Assembly (NCBI RefSeq): GCF_001194135.2 | Contig: NC_069001.1 | Coordinates: 3,576,735-3,640,734, forward strand | From: Octopus bimaculoides | Lineage: Eukaryota | Direction of reading: 5' to 3' | DNA length: 64,000 nt | Shown: positions 42,820 to 56,042 of the stretch, in pieces | Numbering within the stretch: position 1 is the first letter of the stretch | Layout of the letters: each line of letters opens with the position of its first letter | Notes under the pieces: generated by a model | Seen by the model: only the letters and a program-made list of their open reading frames with translations | Databases searched by the model: none | Told to the model about the DNA's origin: nothing | Translations under genes and position numbers: made by a program

Positions 42820-44390
42820 TAATAATAATAATGATAATAATAATCATCCCAAGTGTAGGCAGTTCCAGTGATCAAACAATTGGAACAGTTATTGAAATCA
42901 ATGCAAGATCCACTCAGGACTTATTCTTTCATGTAAATTTGCCATTCACATGTAAGCCCTGTCTTTAATTTATGAGTATTTAAGTTATGGCTGCTTAAAT
43001 GGTACAAATGTTATAAAATGCAAGTAGAGTTCAATTAATTGGATTTCACACAATCACCATCTATTTAATTTGTTCACAACACTTGGGTTGATCCTTGACT
43101 ATTGTAGAAGATAATTTCCTAAGATTCCATGCAGTGGGACTGAACCAAGAACATCATGGTTTCGTAGAAAACTTAATTACTCTGCCATGTCCCGATTACA
43201 GAAGATTTGAAATAATGGACAAAGTTAAAGAAAATTGTCAATTCCAATTATAGTTTGTAGTTAGAGCAGTAATTACACGAGGATTGTGCATTTTTTTTTT
43301 GCATTTTTTTTTCTTTGTTTTGATTAATTTGAAATATGAAAATATAATTTCATTCATTTTCCAAACATTTTTTAAAAAATTATTTCCCTCATTGTTTTGA
43401 TGTTTCCAGTTTTAAATCTGTCCTGACATGTCACTGACACAATCATTGATGACAAGGTGGTCAATGACATGTTTGAGAAGTTGTTGATACATGTATGGAG
43501 ACTGCGGCAAGAAGGCAATTTCTGTGGTCAATTACAAACACTATTATCATGTGACTGTCTCAGAAAGAGCACAGGAAATGAAACAAGGGTTCTAATGATG
43601 ATGAAGAGATAGCAGGGAGCAGGAGNNNNNNNNNNNNNNNNNNNNNNNNNNNNNNNNNNNNNNNNNNNNNNNNNNNNNNNNNNNNNNNNNNNNNNNNNNN
43701 NNNNNNNNNNNNNNNNNNNNNNNNNNNNNNNNNNNNNNNNNNNNNNNNNNNNNNNNNNNNNNNNNNNNNNNNNNNNNNNNNNNNNNNNNNNNNNNNNNNN
43801 NNNNNNNNNNNNNNNNNNNNNNNNNNNNNNNNNNNNNNNNNNNNNNNNNNNNNNNNNNNNNNNNNNNNNNNNNNNNNNNNNNNNNNNNNNNNNNNNNNNN
43901 NNNNNNNNNNNNNNNNNNNNNNNNNNNNNNNNNNNNNNNNNNNNNNNNNNNNNNNNNNNNNNNNNNNNNNNNNNNNNNNNNNNNNNNNNNNNNNNNNNNN
44001 NNNNNNNNNNNNNNNNNNNNNNNNNNNNNNNNNNNNNNNNNNNNNNNNNNNNNNNNNNNNNNNNNNNNNNNNNNNNNNNNNNNNNNNNNNNNNNNNNNNN
44101 NNNNNNNNNNNNNNNNNNNNNNNNNNNNNNNNNNNNNNNNNNNNNNNNNNNNNNNNNNNNNNNNNNNNNNNNNNNNNNNNNNNNNNNNNNNNNNNNNNNN
44201 NNNNNNNNNNNNNNNNNNNNNNNNNNNNNNNNNNNNNNNNNNTATATATATATATATATATATATATATCACTGTATTGACCAGACAATCAGATGATGCA
44301 ATACACCACTGGTTACAATGTGCTTCTTCACATTGTTGTAGCTTTCAAATGATGCCACCCCACTGGCTTGGAGGGTAGACCATCAAATAT

Positions 44391-44427
<37 letters not shown>

Positions 44428-45294
44428 CATATGTCTTGATATCAGGTGATTCTTGTAAATGAATGTCATCCATTTCCAATATTCTGTGAAAACATGTCTG
44501 GCCATGGGGAAATATTGCCTAGCTTGGAAACAGGTAACGGTTGGTGACAGGAAAGGCATCCAGCTATAGATAATATATACTGTTTCAGTAAACTCAATCT
44601 GACCCATGCAAACATGGAAAAGTGGACGTTAAAATTATAATGATGAATGATGATGACATATATACGATAAGGCAGCTGTGTTGGATTTCGTTTTATGTTT
44701 CTGCATCCTGAATTGAAATCCAGCAGTAGTCAGTGGGTCCATATTTTCCTATCATCCAGCCAGATTTCACCAAAAGTTCCTAGGGTCATATTGCACGTGT
44801 GTGTGTGTGTGTGTGGAGAGGATCACTTCAATTCGATAGCCTATAGCCCCCACATAATCTACAGCACCCCTCACCACAAGAAATATGTAGCGATGGTGGG
44901 TCTGATGCCAAATATTACATATTAATAATTACAAACACATTTGTTGACATTTTATATGATACCTAGGAGTGGGGGGAACTGATAAAATAAATACCAGTAA
45001 TTTACTGAGACAGTACTGTCAACTATAATCATCTTTACAAAATAAAAAGAAATTAAAAAAATACTGTCCTTGTGACTAGCCACAAAAAATCAATAACAAC
45101 GTGTGTGTGTATGTGTGTGTGTGTATGCATGTGTGTGTGTGCATGCATGTGTGTGTGTGGTTGTGTATGTAAAAACAATGACTACATAATATTCTGGTGC
45201 AAATATGATATTGATTGATTGAGTGATCCCATCTGTACATCATATCCATCACCATCATCATCATCCCAGTTATACCTATTCTACAACTACTTGC

Positions 45295-45336
<42 letters not shown>

Positions 45337-46503
45337 TGTAGTACCACTACTAATACTTCCATGTTAACAGACAAAAATCTAAACGCTGTCAATCCTGTGA
45401 TATCGATACCTGTCTCACAGTCTCATACACACACTCATGAATGCACACACACACACACACACACACATATATGTGTGGGTTGGTTGGAGGAAGAAGGACA
45501 GCATCCATGACCTTTGTCAGGGACTCCAAGACTGACGGGAGGAAATTTGACCACAGACCAGAGATCTGGTATGAACAGAGAGGACTCCGCAAAGGTGCCC
45601 GCAGACCAGGTGATGGTGTTGCGTGTTGTGTATTTATATACATAAACATATGTGCATGTGTGTGTATATATCTATGTGTGTGTGTATATATAAATATATA
45701 CGAAGCAAGTATATGTATATATATATATATATATATATAGAATAAGTATATGTATGGATGTATGCGTGTATATCATTACATGTGTATATAACAACAATAT
45801 TAAACATTTTAAGCACTAATTATTTATATAACAACAAACATTATATGCACTATTAAATGTGTGTGCATGTGTGTGTGTATACACACATGCACACACATGC
45901 AATGAACACTATTGTCCAGTGACTGGCTGTCAGTGAAATATGTACCGACCAAAGTGATTCATTCATTTAGATCATGTGGTGTGTGCTGTCAAATGCAGCA
46001 CAAGTTGCTTTAATAAACTGGGAGAGAGAAAAAAAAGTGGCTGCCCATCGCAAAACAAGAACAATTATAAGAAATAACTAAAAGAAAACTAAAATTTGCT
46101 GCTTTTTTTTTTTTTTTTCGTTTTTTTTCAGACCCAACCAGCAAAATAGAAAAAAAGGAAATAAATTAAATAATTACTATAAAATTCATTGCTCACTCTC
46201 TCCCAATCTTTTTTTGTTTTAACTCATACACACCTATTTCTAACAAAAGATCTGAAAGTGTGATGGTGGTGTGAAGGGTAGTGATAGGTGATGATGGGTG
46301 ATGATGGTGGTGATAGTGGTGGTGGTGGTGGTGGTGATGGTGGTGATGAGGAGTGGTGCTCGTCATTGTCATGATGGGTGATGTTGGTGGGTTATGATGA
46401 TGTTTTAGCATCGATGATTGTAATGGTCCTGCTGCTATTTCCAAAGTATTCCATCAGCATTACCAGCAGCAGTTTCATGAGAAGTCATGTGACACACACA
46501 CAC

Positions 46504-46563
<60 letters not shown>

Positions 46564-46576
46564 ATATGTGTGTATG

Positions 46577-46610
<34 letters not shown>

Positions 46611-46859
46611 GAAATAGTTACACACACAACCACCACAATACCACAATACCACAGCACACACAAACACACACACATACAAATGCCACCACCACTACTACAG
46701 TGCACACAATTACTGCATTTTACTGACACCTTGGCTCCCCACCACCCCAATGACAGAAAGGCAAATTTGACCCTGGAGTGATTAGAAATCGAATCATAAC
46801 TTAACACTGCAAATCATTTTTGTTCAATACTCTATCAATTCTGCCAATATATCACCCTT

Positions 46860-46899
46860 AATAATAATAACAATAATAATAATAATAATAATAATAATG

Positions 46900-46936
<37 letters not shown>

Positions 46937-46962
46937 TGATAATAATAATGATAATAATAATG

Positions 46963-47012
<50 letters not shown>

Positions 47013-47019
47013 AATAATG

Positions 47020-47056
<37 letters not shown>

Positions 47057-47110
47057 TAATAATAATGATAATAATAATAATGATAATAATAATAATAATA
47101 ATAATAATAA
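46860..47110. repeat. ~250-bp (AAT)n microsatellite with ATG interruptions
   Basis: Direct reading. Confidence 0.95.
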
Positions 47111-47345
47111 TTCCTTTCTACTATAGACCCAAGGCCCGAAATTTATGTGGAGATGGGGAGAGACGATTACATTGACCCCAGTGCATGACTAGTACTTATT
47201 CTATTGACCCCCAAAAGGCTGAAAGACAAAGTCAACCTCAATGGAATTTGAACTCAGAATGTAAAGATGGATGAAATGCTGCCAAGCATTTTGTCTGGCG
47301 TGCTAACTGTTCTGCCAGCTAACTACCATATGATCATGAGAATAA

Positions 47346-47382
<37 letters not shown>

Positions 47383-47592
47383 GTTTCAAATTTTGCCACA
47401 AGGGCAGCAATTTAGGGGCGGGGATGAGTCAATTACATTGATCCCAGTGTTCAACTGGTACTTATTTTGTTGACCCCAAAAGGATGAAAGGCAAAGTCAA
47501 CCTCAGTGGAATTTGAACTCAGAACACAGTGACAGGTGAAATACCACTAAACATTTTGCCTGGCGTGCTAACAATTCTGCTAGCTTGCCCCT
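47111..47592 (-). mobile_element. Two tandem family A SINEs (47111-47328, 47382-47592) separated and flanked by (AAT)n
   Basis: Each carries the family A core and head. Their 3' ends differ (cctttctactatag vs ggtttcaaattttgccacaag on the plus strand). Confidence 0.8.
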
Positions 47593-47653
47593 TAATAATA
47601 ATAATAATAATAACAATAATAATAATAATGATAATAATAATAATAATGATAAT

Positions 47654-47980
47654 GCTGAGACCCCCTTTGGTCATGACTGACCATGGGATTGCACCTAGAA
47701 AGTTCCCCTCCAAGGCACAAGTCCGGGCAAGGTTGTTTATGAAAGACCAGCAGTCACCCATGCATACCGGCCTCCCCTCTCCATGCCACCAGTTTTATCC
47801 AAGGCCTTTGCCTTGGATAAAACTGATAAGCTTGGCACCTGTAACATTGCAACTCATTTCTACAGCTGAGTGAACTGGAGTAACATGAAACAAAGTGTCT
47901 TGCTCAAGAACACAACACAGCCCGGTCCGGGATTTGAACTCACGACCTCATGATCATAAGCTCAATGCTCTAACCACTGA
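47654..47980 (-). mobile_element. tRNA-derived SINE family B
   Basis: Minus-strand head tcagtggttagagcattg...gagttcaaatcccggacc, then tgtgttcttgagcaagacacttt...ctcagctgtagaaatgag. Related segments occur at 11195-11400, 50520-50780 and 54190-54300. Confidence 0.75.
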
Positions 47981-48010
47981 TGATAATAATAATAATAAAG
48001 AATAATAATA

Positions 48011-48470
48011 AAGAAAGCCTAATCATCGCTACCCAGGATCAGGCATTGAATACCAACTCAGTGAAAAGGGATATATACCACACAAGTGCAACGAACCTCA
48101 ACAGAAAGTGTGGGAAGAGGGCTGAAAGCATGACTCTCATTGTTAGTGCTTGTGAAAGTCTTGCGCAGAAAGAGTCCAAGCACAGACACGACAAGGTAGC
48201 CCAAAACCTTCACTGGCTACTATGCTGGAAGTATGGATACGAGGTAATGGGTGCTTGGTACCACCGGAAAAGGTAATGGACGAAAAGGGGAAGGCAAAAA
48301 TCCTCTTTAACTTTCACTTCCAGACAGACAGGATGTTAGAGCACCAAAGGCCACAGGAGCAACAAATAAGAGTGCGTAATAATTGACATAGCAGTGCCAG
48401 GAGATCAACACATCATCATGAAAGATATTAATATCAGAGGAAAATGTGTCAACCTGGAATGAAAGCTCTC
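48011..48470 (+). mobile_element. 3' ORF fragment of an R4/Dong-like non-LTR retrotransposon (zinc knuckle + restriction-like endonuclease), frameshifted
   Basis: Reads KESLIIATQDQAL...NRKCGKRAESMTLIVSACESLAQKESKHRHDKVAQNLHWLLC, then after frameshifts KILFNFHFQTDRMLEHQRP and ECVIIDIAVPGDQHIIMK. These are typical C-terminal motifs of RLE-type LINEs. The 5' end abuts (AAT)n. Confidence 0.8.
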
Positions 48471-48882
48471 AAGTAGTTTAAAATGAATGTGTGGTGTTCA
48501 TACCTTCCCCACAGTCATAAGGAAATGAAATGCTGTGGTTACAATCAAGAAATCATAACATACAAAAAACACACACACAGACACATATACATACACACAC
48601 ATGTATATGCACATGCACACACACACACACACACACATGCATGTGCATCCACACATACATACACACACTATATGCATCCACACACACACACAGATGCATT
48701 CATGCACGCACAATATCAAATTCTGACACTAGCATACGGTAAATGCTTGTACAGGACATATAATAGTTGATTGAACCACCCTCAGTATATAACTGGTATG
48801 TATATTATTCTGAGGGTAATGAAAGTCAAGGTCAACTCAGACAAGAACATTTCAATGAAACTACATTTCAAAACTCATTTAA

Positions 48883-49098
48883 CCCTTTTGAAACCAACCC
48901 GACTGAAAGCGCCTTTGGTTCTGTAGTACAAATGTCTTGTTTTCATAAGTTTTGAATTAAAATCTTCCACCAAACCTTAGTCACAATTCCTAACACTAGG
49001 TTAATGATAATTAAGTTATTTTACTAAATTCTTTGTTATATTTAAAAGTAATTGAAAGAAACACAGAGCATCTCAAAATAAATACAGTAATGAAAGGG
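48883..49098. mobile_element. piggyBac-like MITE family 1, copy B (inverted relative to copy A)
   Basis: TTAA|CCCTTT...AAAGGG|TTAA with an intact TTAA duplication on both sides. Confidence 0.75.
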
Positions 49099-49607
49099 TT
49101 AATCCAACATTCTACAATTTTTGACAATCCAACAGCAACACCTTATCTCTAATAATCATCTCCGACTTAAGCACAAAGTAACATATTTCAACAAGGAATA
49201 ATCATTTCCAGAAATATTACTTGGTGAGGGTTCTAAGTTAATATAAATCTTAGAAACACTTTGATTTAAAAAAGGAAAAAAAAAGCTTCACAAAAATTGA
49301 AAACATGTTTCGTAATTATTGAGGATCCTGCAGATAGCAGGACTTTAATCTATAACTTTGTTTTAGTTTATGTCTAAATTTAGCATTGAAGATAGAGTCC
49401 ATTATAGATGATTGTATCTCTAATGTACATGCTGATAGATCCCAGAAAGATGAAAGACAGAGTTAACTTCTGTGGAATAGCAACTCAATATGTAAAGGTA
49501 TCAACTTAATATGCCATAAAGCATTCTGTCTGAGATTCTATAGGTTCCACCAATCCAGAGCCATTGAAAAAAAAAAAAAAATAATAATAATAATAATAAT
49601 AATGATA

Positions 49608-49969
49608 ATCCTTTCTACTATAGGTACAATGCCTGAAATTAGGGGAAGGGCAAGTCGGTTACATCAACCCCAGTACTCAACTGGTATTTATTTTATCAAC
49701 CCCGAAAGGAGGAGAGGCAAAGTCAACTTTGACAGAATAATAATAATGATGATAATTCTTTCAAATTTTGGCACAAGGCCAGTAATTCTGGGGTCGGGAA
49801 TAAGTCAGTAACATATCAACCCCAGTATTCAACCCTGAAAGGATGAAAGGCAATGACTACCTCAGCAGAATTTGAACTCAGAACGTAGTGACAAGCAAAA
49901 TACTGCTAAGCATTTCATCCAGTGTGCTAATGATTTTGCCAGCCCCCCACCTTAACAATAATGATAATC

Positions 49970-50011
<42 letters not shown>

Positions 50012-50220
50012 GTTTCAAATTTTGGCACAAGACCAACAATTGTTTTTTTTTTGGGGGGGGGGGGATTTCATCAACCCCCGTTTACAACTGATACTTATTT
50101 TATCAACCCAGAAAGAATAAAAGGCAAAGTCAACCTCAGTGGAATCTGAACTCAGAATGTAAAGGTGGACAAAATACTGCTAAGCATTTTGTCTGGCATT
50201 CAAACAATTTGGCCAGATTG
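49608..50220 (-). mobile_element. Three tandem family A SINE copies/fragments (49608-49736, 49757-49952, 50011-50220) separated by (AAT)n
   Basis: Repeated core accccagta...gaaaggatgaaaggcaaagtcaacctc...gaactcagaa in the same orientation, each bounded by aataat tracts. Confidence 0.75.
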
Positions 50221-50224
50221 CAAT

Positions 50225-50520
50225 AATAAGAAGAGCACTCAGAGAGCGCAAACCTCCACCAAGGCAACACCAACGTCCTCTCAACGAATAGCTAGAGATG
50301 ATTTTTAAAATGAGAATATCTGAAATAAACTCAACTGCTCTCACAAATGAGAATAAAAATGAACCTGACCGCTCTCAAAAATTAAGTAAAAAATCAGGAA
50401 AAATAATCCGGAATCCTTGTCCAGTAGCAGATTGATCCCAAAATCTAATTTGTTCATGCCGGTCATGAGGCCAAATATCCCTGAAAATTTCATCCAAATC
50501 CATCCAGCTGTTCTTGAAAT
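50225..50520. mobile_element. Probable Helentron-associated (DINE-1/HINE-like) non-autonomous element
   Basis: agagcactcagagagcgcaaacctccaccaaggc at the start and aaatttcatccaaatccatccagctgttcttgaaatat at the end resemble the DINE-1-like core. The assignment is from recalled motif similarity only. Confidence 0.4.
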
Positions 50521-52281
50521 ATAAGGTTGTGAGTTCAATTCCTGGCAGTGTATTGTGTTCTTAAGCAAAACACTTTATTTCACGCTGCTCCAGTCCACTC
50601 AGCTGGCAAAAATGAGTTGTACCTGTCACATTGCATCACACTGAATCTCCCTGGGAACTACATTAAAGATACACGTGTCTGTGGAGTACTCAGCCACTTG
50701 CACATTAATTTCAAGAGCAAGCTGTTCCACTGATAAGATCAAATGGAACCCTCATCGATATAACTGACAGAGTGTCAATTAAACAGTCCAATGACTGAAA
50801 TAAGTTAGAAAAAGAAACAGGCATGCATGTACATGCATACATATATCTTTTATCATTTATTTCAGTCGTATGACTGTGGCCATGCTGGGGCACCACCTTG
50901 AGTAATTTTTAGTTGAATGAAGCAACCCCAGTAATTATTATTTTTTAAAGCCTGGTACTCATTCTATTGGTCTCTTTTGCCAAACTGCTAGGTTATGAGA
51001 ACATAAACACACCAACACCAGTTGTCAAGCAGTGGTGGGGAAGCGCATCTAACTGCCAAAAATCTGCCTCAACAAATTCTGTCTGACCCATGCAAGCATG
51101 GAAAAGCAGAGGTTAAAACAATGATGGTAATGATGATGATAATGATGATCCAACAACATGATGGCAGCATCACCTCCCTCTTCAAGTGGAACTTAAGTTG
51201 ATGAGGGCTCAGTCAAAAAGGAAAGTTATGTCTTCAGTCTTTACAATCTTGTCCACCATACAGTTTCTTTCTTCATGGCCAACAGAGGAAAACTTCTCAA
51301 TTTCTAGTTGGCACAAAGCTGGAAATTTTGGAGAAAGGAGCAACAGTCAGTTATTAACACCAAAAACTGAACAACTATTTATTTTATTAAATCCCAGAAG
51401 GATGAACCTGTGGCCAAGATTGAAAAAACTGAAGATGTACTTTCAGCATCAAGTGATTCTGGCAGATTCTGGTGATTCTGATGTTTCTAGCAGGTTGGGT
51501 GACCAGACTGGCTAAACTGGTTGTAGTTTATATACACCTAGTGACTACCAGGTGGAATGGTCATCATTTGTCAGTTTAAAATACCAAAGAGAGACACTAC
51601 CTTTGGGTCTTGTTCATTATGCATAAGTATATACATACATANNNNNNNNNNNNNNNNNNNNNNNNNNNNNNNNNNNNNNNNNNNNNNNNNNNNNNNNNNN
51701 NNNNNNNNNNNNNNNNNNNNNNNNNNNNNNNNNNNNNNNNNNNNNNNNNNNNNNNNNNNNNNNNNNNNNNNNNNNNNNNNNNNNNNNNNNNNNNNNNNNN
51801 NNNNNNNNNNNNNNNNNNNNNNNNNNNNNNNNNNNNNNNNNNNNNNNNNNNNNNNNNNNNNNNNNNNNNNNNNNNNNNNNNNNNNNNNNNNNNNNNNNNN
51901 NNNNNNNNNNNNNNNNNNNNNNNNNNNNNNNNNNNNNNNNNNNNNNNNNNNNNNNNNNNNNNNNNNNNNNNNNNNNNNNNNNNNNNNNNNNNNNNNNNNN
52001 NNNNNNNNNNNNNNNNNNNNNNNNNNNNNNNNNNNNNNNNNNNNNNNNNNNNNNNNNNNNNNNNNNNNNNNNNNNNNNNNNNNNNNNNNNNNNNNNNNNN
52101 NNNNNNNNNNNNNNNNNNNNNNNNNNNNNNNNNNNNNNNNNNNNNNNNNNNNNGTGTGTGTAGATGTGTCAGTGATATATATGTATGTGTGCATGAATGT
52201 GTAAGAATTACATGTAGAAGTAGTGTGGGTCTCTGTGTGTATATGTAAGTGTCTGTGTTTAAGTGCAGTGTATGTGTAATT

Positions 52282-52320
<39 letters not shown>

Positions 52321-52704
52321 ATTGCATATGTGTGTGTGTAAGTGTAGTATGTGTGGTGTGTGTATGTAAGTGATGTCTCAATGCGTATGTATCAGGGAGT
52401 GGTGTGTTGTATGTGTCAGAGAAAGATCTATCAAAATATTTTTGTGTGATGTGTAATATTAATGTGTGTGTATACAGATAACAGTGTGTGTGTGTGGGTA
52501 AGGATATCTAAGAATGGAGGATGGGTAGATCTATTCAGACTGCTAATATAGGTGAGTGTAAGTCAATCAGGTGTATGTACGAGTTGTATGTATGTCCACC
52601 TATATGTGTGTAAGCCAATGTGCACAAATTAATATATCTGCTCATATGAGTCAATGTATGTTTGTGTAAAAGTATATTCATGCACATTGTCTCTGTGTGT
52701 GTGC

Positions 52705-52736
<32 letters not shown>

Positions 52737-54758
52737 NNNNNNNNNNNNNNNNNNNNNNNNNNNNNNNNNNNNNNNNNNNNNNNNNNNATATATAGGTTAT
52801 ATTTTTAATACTCATATTTTGAGTTCTATTTTTCACTCTGTTGCTTCTGCTAAATATTAATAAAAAAATATATAAATATATATACAGGTGCATCTATGAT
52901 TGTGTAATTAAGAAGCTCTTGTTGTAATCATGTGGCTTTGGGTTCAGTCCCACTGTGTGGTACCTTGGGTAAGTGTCTTCTACTATAGCCCTTGATCAAC
53001 TGATGTCTTGGGAGTGAATTTGGTAGCTAGAAACTGTGGGTAAGCCCATCATGCATATATATACATATATGAGCATATATGTAAGTGTATGTATGAGTCT
53101 TACCCCTACCACCACCTCCTGATAACTGGCCTTGGTTTGTTTGTCCCATAACTTAGCGGCTTGGCAAAAGAGATCAGTAGAATAAGTACCAGGCTAGTGC
53201 ATTAACATGGCTGCAGTTCAATGAACCCCCAGTGCGAAACCGATTGGTAAGATCGGCCGTAGTGGATATATAATACTATATACTTCAATTAATATACCCA
53301 TTCCACAGACAGATGCAACAGACCGGCGTCCCGTCCAGGTGGGGAACTTATACATCAATGAAACCAGGAAACCGACTCTTATGGACCAAGCATGGCTCAA
53401 GAAGGAACAATCAACAACAACAACAACACTGACAGATATATGAGTGCATCTTTTTCCTAACTTATGGACTCTTAGATGGCTTGCAAACACACACATACAT
53501 ACACACACATGTATATGTATCCAGGTGTGTGTGTGTATAACTGCGCATGTGTGTATGACAATGTATGTATTTATTTTTATATTTGGGAATATGAAAATGC
53601 ATGTATATGAATACATGTGTGTAGTGTACATATATCAATATGTGAATAGATGTTATATATGCACATGTATGCGAGTGTCTATGTTCGTGTGGTTTCCATT
53701 AGGAAGGAAAGGAGTCACCATGACCTTTACAGGTCTGTCTCCCAGACTAGTGAGATTAATGTGGCTGATGTTCAGCTTCAACAAGTGAAAGTCAACATTT
53801 GTTGTACAAAACATGTGAGGATGTTGAACAGAATTCCATAATGTTAACATTCTGGGAGAAAAAATTGCATCAAGTAGTTATTGTGAGGTTTAAGATGGGG
53901 AGACTAATGTGGCAGCAGAAATTGAGAAGAGGTGAGATACATATATGTGTGTGTGTATAATATAATATAAAATATATATAATATATAATAAATATATAAT
54001 ATAGATAGATAGATATCATGGTATTATGATATTGACTAGATTATTGGATGTTATTATACATCACTGGTCACATGCTTCGCATTCTTTTAGCTTTCAAATG
54101 ACACCCCCCTGCTGGCTAGGCGAGCAGGCCATCCTCCCTGATCGGAAGACTATTCTGTCAGAGGGTCACCCATTTAAAGCTGAAGGGACTGGGGCAACGT
54201 GAAATAAAATGTTTTTGCTCAAGAACACAGCATGCCACCTGATCAGGGAATCAAACACACGATTATGAGTGCAACACCCTAACCACATGGCCATGTGCCT
54301 TCATGTATATATTTACACACACACACACACACACACACAACTATTAACTAGCTCTGAGGAACAAAGATTGTTGTAGTAGTTATAGAAAGGGCAGAGTGAG
54401 GAGACAGAGCACCTGTGAAGCAGTCGTCAGTGCACTTGGTTAGCAAGTCCTTGCCAATCAGTCAGATGGGGTTCTTTTGGATGAAGTCAGGGATGTACTT
54501 GTGTGTAGAAGCAGAGCTAACCCAGACAAGGAAGCCATATTCTACTGTAGTTCCTATTCTGAAGTATTTCTTCACTTTGGGAAGCAAGCCTTTGGAATGT
54601 AATTTTTTGCTATGTTTTATCTAGATAAGATTGCTATGACCACAATTTGTTAGAAATAACAGTTAAATTCCCTCAGTTCTGATATATAAGAAAACGGGAT
54701 GAAAATCTCTTTCATCATAGATCTTCAAGACCAGAGCTGATCTGGAGTGAATATTGTC

Positions 54759-54798
<40 letters not shown>

Positions 54799-56007
54799 AA
54801 CATGCACACACACACACACACGAATCACCAATCTCAAATGATTAAACTCCAGTGACATAGCTAGGTGTGAGCCGCCTGAAGCAGCCCTTGAGTTTTCCGT
54901 CTCTCCCACCTCCTCCCAGGCCCTAAGCCTATACAGGTTTATACAGCAGACCCAAAAACGTCGACCCCATAAAAGCGTCGCCAGAGACGGACCTCCCTTT
55001 CACCCCTCACCCCAGCTACGCCATTGATAAACTACATGTTCTGAATTTTATACTCTTTTGTACTTTACTTTATTGACCTCGAACGAGATTTGAACTCAAA
55101 ACGTTGTAACTAACTATAGTTTTATCACCGGTTTCTTCCACAGGAATAAGTCAACAAATTTTGAAGGGCAGTCGATTAGAATATGAAGCAGGACATAATT
55201 GGACGACTTCTATCAGTCCTCAACTTTTATCAGAGTAGGACCGTCTTATCAGCATTATATACGCCCGGACGAATCAATGTATTATTTATTTATTGACAGC
55301 AAGCCACAGCATACAGAGATCATAATTAAGCCCCCTAGACCGACGAAGCACTTGGACAACTGGCCAGTATCTCCATGCCCTTAAGATAGCCCTAACTGCC
55401 ATCAGAGTGGACCTCGGTGGTATTTGAACTCGGAACATCAATTAAATACTACAGCACAAAGCATTTGTTCGTTCCGGAGCGCTACCGAGCGATTCTGCAT
55501 TGCCAGAAGGACCAATATGAATATTATACATTAGGATACAATGACACGAACATTGCATTTCAGATGAAGGGTTGCATGTACGAATCATAAAGGTAAACAC
55601 ACACACACACACACACACACACCTAAGCCCAGTCGGAGACTGATAATCAGCAGAGATGATAATCACTACACACACACTAACCCGTACACTTTCTTACATA
55701 GGAGATTTGGAATTAGATGAACGATTTAAATGAAAGTGAAGTGAATTTGTAGGGAAATCGAAACCGGTGCGCCCCACACAGCTTATCACCGCACTACTAC
55801 TAACTCTACGACACTAACAGCTACAACATATTCAACATACATAATTTCCAAAACGAAAATACTGGGCGCATAAAGCTTATTTTGTCTGTGCGTGGTGTGC
55901 GTACATATGATCATGTATGTGTTGCACGTATGCCTATACATATACGTGTGTGTGTATGTGTAAGTGTGTTATACATATATTAAACGTTTATACATGTATG
56001 AATTAAT

Positions 56008-56042
<35 letters not shown>

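Noticed and set aside
47111-48470. Idea that the Dong-like LINE mobilises family A SINEs
   Set aside because: The flank orientation is opposite ((AAT)n vs (ATT)n in element sense), and I could see no shared 3' tail.
49300-49345. Minus-strand gaaacatgtt palindrome after ctgcagga
   Set aside because: The core does not fit CUGANGA and there is no stem II.
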